64,000 nt of DNA, taken from the IMG/VR virus record IMGVR_UViG_3300028588_000812; one strand, 5' to 3'. The stretch's first letter is position 1; every line of letters starts with the position of its first letter. The stretch comes from an uncultured virus (IMG/VR IMGVR_UViG_3300028588_000812) (taxonomy: Duplodnaviria; Heunggongvirae; Uroviricota; Caudoviricetes). The translations under genes and the position numbers were made by a program. The notes under the pieces were generated by a model that saw nothing but the letters and a program-made list of their open reading frames with translations, was not told where the DNA came from and ran no database searches. Below, piece by piece: positions 29,175-37,183 of the stretch.

Positions 29175-29840
29175 TTATATTCTATGGATAGAGCAATAAG
29201 GAGCGTTAGGGGGATGTTGCGTTGTGCCAGGTCGGAAACCAGGTTTGCCTGTACAACCTTTACGCCATTCTTCATGAACAATCCTACCTGTACGTGACCT
29301 AGTAGGCTCATCAGATGCAATTTTAATCAAACTGGTCATACCGAATTCTCTTAAAATATCAATAACTTTAAGGGGAGGTACAGTCATAGCGTTATCACCA
29401 TTTGAAATAATAAAATCATAATGGTGAATATCAAATAAACCTGTTACAACTGTTTCGCTTCCCTCTGCATCAATTACTCTGGCTACAACTGATTCGCCAA
29501 TAACACCAGCGAAATCATATTTCTTTCCATCTGAAATTTGGAAGGTAGTAGCAAATTTACCAGCGTAAGCAAGGTATCCTAGCTCACGAGCATAACCTTT
29601 ACCAATTACTTCAAGTAAAGCTTCGACCGCTTCGTTAAAGCTCATTGCCATACCATTGTCAAAAGGACGAGGGAAACCTGTGCTTTTATCTAAAATTTTC
29701 CAGTTGTACATTTTACGAGAAGATAGACCTTCTGCAAAAATGCTAACAGTGAAATGAGTTGTAGTCCATGTCCATGAAGAAACTACAGCACTAGATTTGT
29801 GTTCCCAAGGAATTGGTTGTTTTTCAAATGTTTTATTCAT
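29175..29840 (-). CDS. hypothetical protein
   Basis: likely start MNKTFEK at 29840, coupled to the upstream gene; C-terminal C...H...C..H. Confidence 0.7.
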   Translation of the reverse strand: MNKTFEKQPIPWEHKSSAVVSSWTWTTTHFTVSIFAEGLSSRKMYNWKILDKSTGFPRPFDNGMAMSFNEAVEALLEVIGKGYARELGYLAYAGKFATTFQISDGKKYDFAGVIGESVVARVIDAEGSETVVTGLFDIHHYDFIISNGDNAMTVPPLKVIDILREFGMTSLIKIASDEPTRSRTGRIVHEEWRKGCTGKPGFRPGTTQHPPNAPYCSIHRI

Positions 29841-30102
29841 ACATACCTGCGACAAACATGATAACGCCTGCAAGCACAAGAATAACTACAGTTAATCCTA
29901 TAATGGGAAATAAGATAGAAGCAGTACGTTTAACAGTTTCTTTAGATGACTGGTTTAAATTCTTATTGCTTGATTTGTCTTCGGATACAAACCAAGGTTT
30001 TGCATCTGAGTTATCTTGTCTTTGTGGTACTGGACGGGACTCTAAATCGCTTACACGGTCAGGCTTTTTTGCACCGTTGTTGTCATTGAATAACATGGAC
30101 AT
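29833..30102 (-). CDS. small C-terminally anchored membrane protein
   Basis: hydrophobic C-terminal helix; in the minus-strand operon. Confidence 0.65.
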   Translation of the reverse strand: MSMLFNDNNGAKKPDRVSDLESRPVPQRQDNSDAKPWFVSEDKSSNKNLNQSSKETVKRTASILFPIIGLTVVILVLAGVIMFVAGMYE

Positions 30103-30103
30103 A

Positions 30104-30586
30104 TTAATTGCACTCCTTTACAAAGTTAGATACTTTCTCTATCTTTATATCGCCTACAAAATTAATTGCAAGTCTTTTTATGATTTTGTGATGACCGCAG
30201 AAAACTGGGGCATCAATTTGACGGGAAATGAGGATTGAGAAATCTTCATCTAAAACATTTAGTAACTCTAAAGCTTTAGGTAACCAAAAGTTTTCATACA
30301 GCAAAGCGCTAGGTGGCATTTTGCGATTTAATGATTTGATTGATACAACACTTTCTTCTAAAGAGATATTGTACGAATCGGATTGAATGTTATTAACACA
30401 AATGCTTTCTGTTGCATAATCTAATTTAAAGGCAGAACCTAAAGAAGGTATGTAACCAATGAAATCATTACGTAAAGGCGAATAGAAAGGTATGCCTTCA
30501 CTTTTTATTAAAGAATATATATCACCTTTGCGTAACCCAAACATTTCTTCTAAGCTTTCTAAGCTGTAAGGGTATAAATCTTTCAT
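30104..30586 (-). CDS. hypothetical protein
   Basis: 160-aa ORF, ATGA-coupled. Confidence 0.65.
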   Translation of the reverse strand: MKDLYPYSLESLEEMFGLRKGDIYSLIKSEGIPFYSPLRNDFIGYIPSLGSAFKLDYATESICVNNIQSDSYNISLEESVVSIKSLNRKMPPSALLYENFWLPKALELLNVLDEDFSILISRQIDAPVFCGHHKIIKRLAINFVGDIKIEKVSNFVKECN

Positions 30587-30879
30587 AGTAGAACTTCACG
30601 AACCTCTTCGGGTAAATTATCACATGCCAATAAAGCATGCTTTTCTTCTTCATTTAAATAGATAGGAATAGAACCTTCTTTTAAGCCCAAAGCAGAACTT
30701 AAAAATTGTGTATTAATATTTAAAGATGAAGACCTAATTTTTGCTACACCTAATTCTATTCTGATTTCTTCTAACACACTGTTTTCATGGATTAATACTT
30801 CACTACTAAGAAAATTGCGTAATGTAGCAAAACTTTCTGGTCCTAACCAAAAAGGAACATGACGGGTCAACGTAATCAC
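30583..30879 (-). CDS. hypothetical protein
   Basis: 98-aa ORF coupled at both ends. Confidence 0.6.
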   Translation of the reverse strand: MITLTRHVPFWLGPESFATLRNFLSSEVLIHENSVLEEIRIELGVAKIRSSSLNINTQFLSSALGLKEGSIPIYLNEEEKHALLACDNLPEEVREVLL

Positions 30880-31544
30880 CTTACTTCACCGTAAATTTGT
30901 TCTTCATTAATAACTGAGTAAGTTCCAGGTTCGCAAGCACCAGCAACACATTCAACAAGGTAAGATTTCTTAAGCTGGTAATTAAATTCTACCGCTTCAC
31001 CATCTTCATAATCATCACGGTTTAAAGTAATACTGTCTTCTAATGTTCCAGTTTCTTCTGGATTTGCAATACTAGTAACTGTTGCGTCTTCTTTTGTACC
31101 ACTAACATAAAGTTTGTCGTAATCGGTTGAAACTATTTTTACTGTACTTGCAGAAGGAATACCTATCCAAGCAACACTAATCCAGTCCCACCAATTACTG
31201 GTAGGAGCTAACGTGTCTTCTGAGATTGCAACCTTTGTTCCTAATGGAGGGTTACCGCCATTATCAGCCCAAGCGCCACGTAATACGATAGAACGGTGAC
31301 TGTCATCACCTACAGTATTAAATGTCATTACAGTGGCACCTAGCCCTGTAATGAGCACCCCAACAAATAAAGCTAATAGTAGAGCAAAACCAATAATGTT
31401 TTTTACCCATGTAGCTATAATTGAACCCCAGCCTTCTTGCTGAATTTCTACAATCTCAGCGCCGGGTACTGTTAAACGTCCAACTTGTTCGCTACTATCT
31501 ACAGTAGCGCTTTTATCTATAAATTTACCTGATTTACGTGCCAT
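30876..31544 (-). CDS. single-pass membrane protein
   Basis: TM helix then extracytoplasmic domain with CVAGAC. Confidence 0.7.
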   Translation of the reverse strand: MARKSGKFIDKSATVDSSEQVGRLTVPGAEIVEIQQEGWGSIIATWVKNIIGFALLLALFVGVLITGLGATVMTFNTVGDDSHRSIVLRGAWADNGGNPPLGTKVAISEDTLAPTSNWWDWISVAWIGIPSASTVKIVSTDYDKLYVSGTKEDATVTSIANPEETGTLEDSITLNRDDYEDGEAVEFNYQLKKSYLVECVAGACEPGTYSVINEEQIYGEVR

Positions 31545-31562
31545 AATATATACCTATCAACC

Positions 31563-32936
31563 TTAGAATAGGTCGTCTGGACGAATCCCTTCTGGAAGCT
31601 TGTTTACATCAACATTCTTAGGTAAGTTAGTTGGAGTGCGGTCTTTTTGTTCAGTTAGAAGAGGAATACGAGGTTTCTTTTCTTCTTCCTCTTCTTCCTC
31701 ATCTTGGTATTGAGCTAGCTCAGCTTCAAGTCTTGATACTTTTGCTTTCTCAGACTCTAACTCAACTTTCAAAGCACCAAGTTCGGCATTATTAGTTGAA
31801 GGAACTTGATTTGCTTCAAGTTCTAAGTATTGAGCGTACAAAGCATTGTATTGTGCTGTAATTTGTTCAATATAAGTATTCAATTCAGCTACTTGTTCCG
31901 CGCTACCATTATCATCTGAGGAAGCAGGAACGTTAGCAATGTCAGCTTCATAACGTTGATATAGCTCATTGTATTGTGCTGTAACTTGCTCAATATATGC
32001 TTCAAGTTCAGCAATACGAGCATCAGCGTCAGGATTACCAGCGGCAACTTCTGAAACGTTATTTTTAAGAGCTTCTAATTCATCTACTTTAGCTTGTAAA
32101 GCCGCAGTATCTGTTTGGTATTGAGTGTACAATTCGTTATATTGTGCTGTAACTTGCTCAATATATGCTTCAAGTTCAGCGACATGTGCACTGTTATCTG
32201 GTGCTTCTTCTGTAACAGGAACACTAGCAGGAACGTTAGCAAGTTCGGTTTCAAGTTCAGCAATACGGGCATCGCGTAACGCTACTAGTTCAGAGGTATC
32301 TTCACCAGTTGTACCTGCATTATCAATTTGTTCTTGAAGCCCAGCCATATCAGTTTGGTACTGTTCATACAATTCATTGTATTGTGCTGTAACTTGCTCA
32401 ATGTAAGCATCGCGTTCAGCAATTGCTGTTTCATATTCCGCTGCATTGCTAAGAGCAGAAGGTGAAACAGAAGTGTCAACGACAACGCCGTTATTTTCTA
32501 GTTGTGCACGTAGACTTTCCACTTGGGAATTGGACTCTTGCAGACGCTGCATAAGCGCTGCCATTTCTTTATCATCGCTACCTGCTTGAATACCTTGTTT
32601 AATTTGACCATTGTATTCAATGTATTGAATTTGGTTACGTAAGTTTAGGTTGTCTGTTTCTGCTTTATCTAACTCGTCACCTAAATAGTGAACAGTTTTG
32701 TCGCGTTCATGTAAAGCAGTTTGGTACCAAGCTAATGATGGGATAACAATATCTTCAACGAACTTATCTACTTCGTTGAATACATATCCGTAGGTTTTAG
32801 AGGAATTAGGAACCTGAGCAGCACGGAAACGTACTGCTTTAGCGGTTGACTCCGTTAAAACATTTTCATCAATGGTAGTTTCAACAGGAATTCCTCTTTT
32901 TTCTAGAGAACCTGAGCGACCGGTTTCTTCATTCAT
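31563..32936 (-). CDS. DivIVA-like coiled-coil protein with four internal repeats
   Basis: N-terminal F...GYVFNEVDKFVEDI DivIVA-like motif; 4x YIEQ(V/I)TAQYN(E/A)LY. Confidence 0.7.
   Translation of the reverse strand: MNEETGRSGSLEKRGIPVETTIDENVLTESTAKAVRFRAAQVPNSSKTYGYVFNEVDKFVEDIVIPSLAWYQTALHERDKTVHYLGDELDKAETDNLNLRNQIQYIEYNGQIKQGIQAGSDDKEMAALMQRLQESNSQVESLRAQLENNGVVVDTSVSPSALSNAAEYETAIAERDAYIEQVTAQYNELYEQYQTDMAGLQEQIDNAGTTGEDTSELVALRDARIAELETELANVPASVPVTEEAPDNSAHVAELEAYIEQVTAQYNELYTQYQTDTAALQAKVDELEALKNNVSEVAAGNPDADARIAELEAYIEQVTAQYNELYQRYEADIANVPASSDDNGSAEQVAELNTYIEQITAQYNALYAQYLELEANQVPSTNNAELGALKVELESEKAKVSRLEAELAQYQDEEEEEEEKKPRIPLLTEQKDRTPTNLPKNVDVNKLPEGIRPDDLF
31825..32420 (-). repeat. 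four intragenic repeats encoding (E)xxAYIEQVTAQYNELY
   Basis: tattgtgctgtaa(c/t)ttg(c/t)tca recurs near 31850, 31972, 32140 and 32381. Confidence 0.85.
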
Positions 32937-32967
32937 AATTAGCGTTATATACCTTTCTTAACATCAA

Positions 32968-33001
32968 ATATCGGCTGACTTTTTATCTAGTGTGTTATCA
33001 T
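32968..33001. promoter_or_regulatory. back-to-back promoters: GCCGATAT (minus, DivIVA-like operon) and TGT-TATCAT (plus, sigma/peptidase operon)
   Basis: tatcggc at 32969-32975; TATCAT at 32996-33001, 10 nt before ATG 33012. Confidence 0.55.
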
Positions 33002-33011
33002 ATAGGTAACC

Positions 33012-33317
33012 ATGAGCACAGAATTAAATACATTTTCGATATATTTTTCTCTTCTTGAAAGACGCGGAGAAAAAACAGATCGTTTAATAAAAGAAATCAT
33101 TGATCTTTCAAAACAATTGAATGTATATGATGAAGTTACCCTTGTCAGCGCTAGCCCTGCTAAAACAGCCGGACCAGATGAAAACAAACTTACTTACTCT
33201 ATACAAGTCACAAGTCCTAACAATAAAAAGGCTACTGACATTGTTGCCTTCTTAGAATACATCTTCCAAAAGATGTTTGATAAGTACCCAGCCTTTACGG
33301 AGCCAGAAACAGTATAA
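33012..33317 (+). CDS. hypothetical protein
   Basis: 101-aa ORF, TAATG-coupled to the sigma gene. Confidence 0.65.
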   Translation: MSTELNTFSIYFSLLERRGEKTDRLIKEIIDLSKQLNVYDEVTLVSASPAKTAGPDENKLTYSIQVTSPNNKKATDIVAFLEYIFQKMFDKYPAFTEPETV

Positions 33318-34606
33318 TGAGACAATCATTTTCCAATTTAACAGAATTAAGCCGCAACATCTTAGATGAACTATCAGATGGACAATGGCACCCATTCTAT
33401 AAAATAAATAAAAACGTAGAAAGAGGATCGGCTAAAGCAAAAGAATTTAAAACAGTTCTTAGCGAAGAATTAGAACGTCTAGTTGACTATGATGTACTAA
33501 TGGCCGGAGAAAACGAATCCTACCGTTTTCGTAGTGATATTTTAGAAGGGTGGAGAGCAGTATCTGACAACCCACAAATTTTAGAAAAACAATACCAACC
33601 ACGTTGGTTTGGTGGAATTCTAGAAGATGACGGTTGGGTAAAAGCTCCACTTAAAAGTTACGATTTAGTACATTTCAAAGCAGACTCCAGTTTGACACGT
33701 GAAATACTACATAAAAAGCTAGGCGGAAGATTAGCTTTAATTCAAATTGATAGTGGCTTATACCGTGTGTTTAGTACAGACGGCCAAGCTTCTTTTGAAA
33801 AAATTAAAGAAATTAAAGAAAGCATTCCAGCTTACGACATTCGTAGCATGCGTTTAGAAAAAGATTTAAAACGCCGTGACTTAGATGATTTACCACCTTT
33901 ATATCTATCAGATTTATGTAAATATTATGGTAAGTTCGCTAAAGTTCTATTAAGGCCATATAACTCTAGTATTACTAAGCATATCCCTGACCATGATGAC
34001 GTGCAACAACAAATTTATCTTTGGGTATTAGATGCTGTACAACGCTATGATGACAGCAAAAGCATTCCATTCGCTGCTTATTTAGGTACCTCTTTGACAA
34101 AATGGGTATTCAACCTAAATAGAACATCCTTCGGGCGTTCGGTAGCGGATGCTGAGTTAAAGCACTCTCGTGCAATTAACAACTTCAAGATTATGCACGG
34201 TCGTGAACCAAAAATGGAAGAGCTTGCAGAACTTCTTGGAGAAGATGTAGCAGCAATCAAAAGAGACTCCTTAGTTATCAACACAGTTGTTAACTTACGT
34301 AACATTTCTACTATCCACACCGAAGAATCAGATATCCCAATTCCTTCTAACGAACTTGTTGATGATAATTTAGATGCTTTAGTTTCTAATACTCTTCTTT
34401 CCGCAGCAATTATCACTGCGGTAAAAGAAGATATGAAGAATAGAAATGCTAATCGTGACCTTTCAGGGTTACTTGGTATTTACTATGAAAGCTGGGGACA
34501 AGATATTTCAACAAAGAAAATTAAAATGTGGACACGTTCCGCTAAAACGCAAGAAACAATCAAAAGGGTGTTAGAGATTGTAGCCCTCAAACTCAGAAAG
34601 AACTAA
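33317..34606 (+). CDS. divergent sigma70-family factor with ~200-aa N-terminal extension
   Basis: region 2 DDVQQQIYLWVLDAVQRYDDSKSIPFAAYL; region 3 HGREPKMEELAELLGED. Confidence 0.75.
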   Translation: MRQSFSNLTELSRNILDELSDGQWHPFYKINKNVERGSAKAKEFKTVLSEELERLVDYDVLMAGENESYRFRSDILEGWRAVSDNPQILEKQYQPRWFGGILEDDGWVKAPLKSYDLVHFKADSSLTREILHKKLGGRLALIQIDSGLYRVFSTDGQASFEKIKEIKESIPAYDIRSMRLEKDLKRRDLDDLPPLYLSDLCKYYGKFAKVLLRPYNSSITKHIPDHDDVQQQIYLWVLDAVQRYDDSKSIPFAAYLGTSLTKWVFNLNRTSFGRSVADAELKHSRAINNFKIMHGREPKMEELAELLGEDVAAIKRDSLVINTVVNLRNISTIHTEESDIPIPSNELVDDNLDALVSNTLLSAAIITAVKEDMKNRNANRDLSGLLGIYYESWGQDISTKKIKMWTRSAKTQETIKRVLEIVALKLRKN

Positions 34607-34613
34607 ATAAAAC

Positions 34614-35633
34614 ATGCTTTCCCTATTAGTAGGTATTCCTCTAATCTACATTCTTGCATTTCATGCAGTAAAAATGTTTATTCCTGATTGGTCCCAACCA
34701 GATAGAGGTTTTGCCGTATTTGAAAAACAATGGTCTAGAATATTTGCTATAGCAGGTGCAGCAGCAACCATATTAGCAGTAAGTGTTGATTTCTTCACAC
34801 CTGCAAGCACAATGACAGCTTTAGTTGTCGGGGTAATCAGTGGATTATTAGGTATTTCAGCTTATACTGACGGTGTTGTAGGTAAAGTACCTTCTGAATT
34901 AAGCAGTATTACTGTAAATTCAGCTTTTATCTTAGGTATTGGCGCTTTAGTTGTTAATTCTTTAAACCTCAAAGAAGCTCAGAATTTCTATCAAAGCATT
35001 TATCTTTACACACCTGGTGACTCATGGTTATGGATTGGCGCAGGGGTAGCTGTTGGTTTAATTGGTTTCCTAGGATGGATGCGCTTTAACAACACTATTG
35101 GTTTAATCGCTATTTTGTTCTCAGCTTTAGGTTTATGGACTTCTGCTTACGTTGGGCTTAAAGCTCTTTCATTAACGTTAGGAAACCAATTTGGCAATTT
35201 AGAATTCTGGAATAGCTTCCTATCCACTGGTTTAGCTGGTGTTCTAGCATTTATTTTGTTCACTGTAGCTTTTGAGCTTGGTGCTGGTAGCAAACTCGGT
35301 GGCGCTGATACTCAGGCGCTTTATGCAGCAGGTTGGGCATTCGGAGCAATTGTTGGCCCAGCTTATTTAGCTTTAGGTTTAGTAGTAGCAGCATTTGTAC
35401 AACTAATTATTCACATTCTAGCTAGGTTCATTAACTTTGGTGGTTATTACAAAGAAATTCCTAATAGCTCATTGAAGATGAAATCTTTGCAGCGTAAATG
35501 GGATAAAAAAGGCTTAGAGGGTCAACCTCCAACACATCATAAAGCTTTAGCTTTGCCTTTCTTGCCTGTTATGAACGTTTGTCTTATTGCTATTACTGTT
35601 ACTACAGTTTCAGGTTTAGTTAACGTTTATTAA
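34614..35633 (+). CDS. prepilin peptidase-like (A24 aspartic) polytopic membrane protein
   Basis: ISAYTD and LGGAD catalytic-Asp motifs; terminal LPFLP; many TMs. Confidence 0.75.
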   Translation: MLSLLVGIPLIYILAFHAVKMFIPDWSQPDRGFAVFEKQWSRIFAIAGAAATILAVSVDFFTPASTMTALVVGVISGLLGISAYTDGVVGKVPSELSSITVNSAFILGIGALVVNSLNLKEAQNFYQSIYLYTPGDSWLWIGAGVAVGLIGFLGWMRFNNTIGLIAILFSALGLWTSAYVGLKALSLTLGNQFGNLEFWNSFLSTGLAGVLAFILFTVAFELGAGSKLGGADTQALYAAGWAFGAIVGPAYLALGLVVAAFVQLIIHILARFINFGGYYKEIPNSSLKMKSLQRKWDKKGLEGQPPTHHKALALPFLPVMNVCLIAITVTTVSGLVNVY

Positions 35634-35649
35634 AACTTTTTATATATAA

Positions 35650-35694
35650 AACTAAATAACCCCCGTAAGTTAAACTTACGGGGGTTATTTAGTT
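35650..35694. terminator. bidirectional terminator
   Basis: 22-bp perfect inverted repeat between convergent genes. Confidence 0.8.
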
Positions 35695-35704
35695 AGGTTA
35701 TGCC

Positions 35705-35950
35705 TTACTTCTTGAAGTCAGTACATTTACCTGAGTTAGAGTTAGAGATACATTCACCAACCTTATCTGCTTGACCATTGATAGCAGTCATTAAGATGCC
35801 ACCAACAACCATACAGATAAGAACGAACATAGCAATGATGATAATTGTCTGAACAATGTCACCATTTTCGTTTCTGTTAGTTGTACGATCCATAACTCTC
35901 ATGCGTGCCATGTCCATTTTAACGGCACCCTTTAGAATCAAGTCGTTCAT
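35705..35950 (-). CDS. short Flp-like prepilin
   Basis: basic leader, ENG|DIVQTIIIIAMFVLI hydrophobic helix, C-terminal Cys pair; strong SD, own CCGATA element and terminator. Confidence 0.65.
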   Translation of the reverse strand: MNDLILKGAVKMDMARMRVMDRTTNRNENGDIVQTIIIIAMFVLICMVVGGILMTAINGQADKVGECISNSNSGKCTDFKK

Positions 35951-35992
35951 TTTCTTTCCTTTTTGTAGTCGTGGTTTGGAGACTCATATATA

Positions 35993-36000
35993 ATATCGGT
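35993..36000 (-). promoter_or_regulatory. sigma28/WhiG-type -10 element ACCGATAT
   Basis: intergenic, upstream of the Flp-like pilin. Confidence 0.55.
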
Positions 36001-36027
36001 ATGATTGGGCATTTTGAACTCTATTTT

Positions 36028-37116
36028 CTAGAATTCAATGTCCCCATCATCATCAACGTCGAAATCGTCATTTTCTCCGTTGTTATTATTGCTAACGGGG
36101 TTGTTCTCCCTAAAGTCTTTCCATTCAGTCTTTAAGGTATCCAACCACGCAATATTAGTATCAATAAGGCGTGTAATCTCTTCTGTCTTATCTTCTGGGA
36201 TAAGAGGTAGGAGGTCACCAAGGTTAGCGTTTTCAGATAGGTCAGAGAAGTTTTGTAACCCGTTAATAAGGTTCCATAGTCCCTCTAGCTTCTGAACAAT
36301 TAAGGTTGGGTCATCCCCACCTAAGAACTCATCTAATGAATCGTCGTCATCGTCAATATATTCAATTGGTGATGAGGGCGAATTAGAGAAATCATTCGTG
36401 TCAAAGTCGTCATCAAAATCTTCATCAAAGTTTTCTTCTTCCTCTTTGCGATTTTGGAATTCACGAATAGAGTCTTCAATAAGATGCTTAGCTTCTTCTG
36501 GGGAAGCATCAGCAGTGCGCTCTTCAATATCTTCTAGAAGCTCAGGAAGGGAGCTTTTCAAACCACGTGCAGCAAGTTCACCAACGTAAACTTCTGTTCC
36601 TTCTGGTGCAACAGTTTCAATTGCTTCAATAACTGTAGCTTGGTTAAGAAGTTTGTAGGCGTAAGAACGTGAGTAATCAAAGTTTTCACGAACATAAGCT
36701 TCAAATGAAGAGTAACCAAGAGCTTTGTAAGCCTTACCAGCGTGAGCACGCTTGATTAGTAAGTAAAGAAGGTTGGTTGTACCTTTAATTTTTTCTGTAA
36801 TTTCACGAGCTTCGCTTTCAGTCAAAGGTGGCAAAGCCATGTCAACTACTGTGACAACTTCTTCACCTTTAGAATCAATCTGAATAACGGTCATGTGTTC
36901 GCCTTCACCTGTAGCTGCAACAGAAACGATTGAACCATGTTCACCGTCAATTGCTTCTACACGTTCCACTTCATTAAATGAAACAGGCTCTGGCTGGTTA
37001 GCAGAAATTACGGGTGGTGGGGCAAAGCCATTGGAATTAGCAGGTGCTGCTACTTCCTCATCATTGGAATCGTCATCGTTATCCCAATCAATATTGTCAC
37101 CGTTGTAATCGCTCAT
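36028..37116 (-). CDS. acidic protein with central putative DNA-binding helical domain
   Basis: AYKALGYSSFEAYVRENFDYSRSYAYKLL motif; D/E-rich ends; GCCGATAG at 37149-37156. Confidence 0.7.
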   Translation of the reverse strand: MSDYNGDNIDWDNDDDSNDEEVAAPANSNGFAPPPVISANQPEPVSFNEVERVEAIDGEHGSIVSVAATGEGEHMTVIQIDSKGEEVVTVVDMALPPLTESEAREITEKIKGTTNLLYLLIKRAHAGKAYKALGYSSFEAYVRENFDYSRSYAYKLLNQATVIEAIETVAPEGTEVYVGELAARGLKSSLPELLEDIEERTADASPEEAKHLIEDSIREFQNRKEEEENFDEDFDDDFDTNDFSNSPSSPIEYIDDDDDSLDEFLGGDDPTLIVQKLEGLWNLINGLQNFSDLSENANLGDLLPLIPEDKTEEITRLIDTNIAWLDTLKTEWKDFRENNPVSNNNNGENDDFDVDDDGDIEF

Positions 37117-37183
37117 TATTGTCCTTCCTAAACTTTAAGCTAGAAAAACTATCGGCACGATAGGGACAAAAAACCTGCGATTT

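Noticed and set aside
31825..32420. Spaced ~25-nt repeats resembling a CRISPR array
   Set aside because: In-frame coding repeats with irregular long spacing inside a coiled-coil gene; no cas operon
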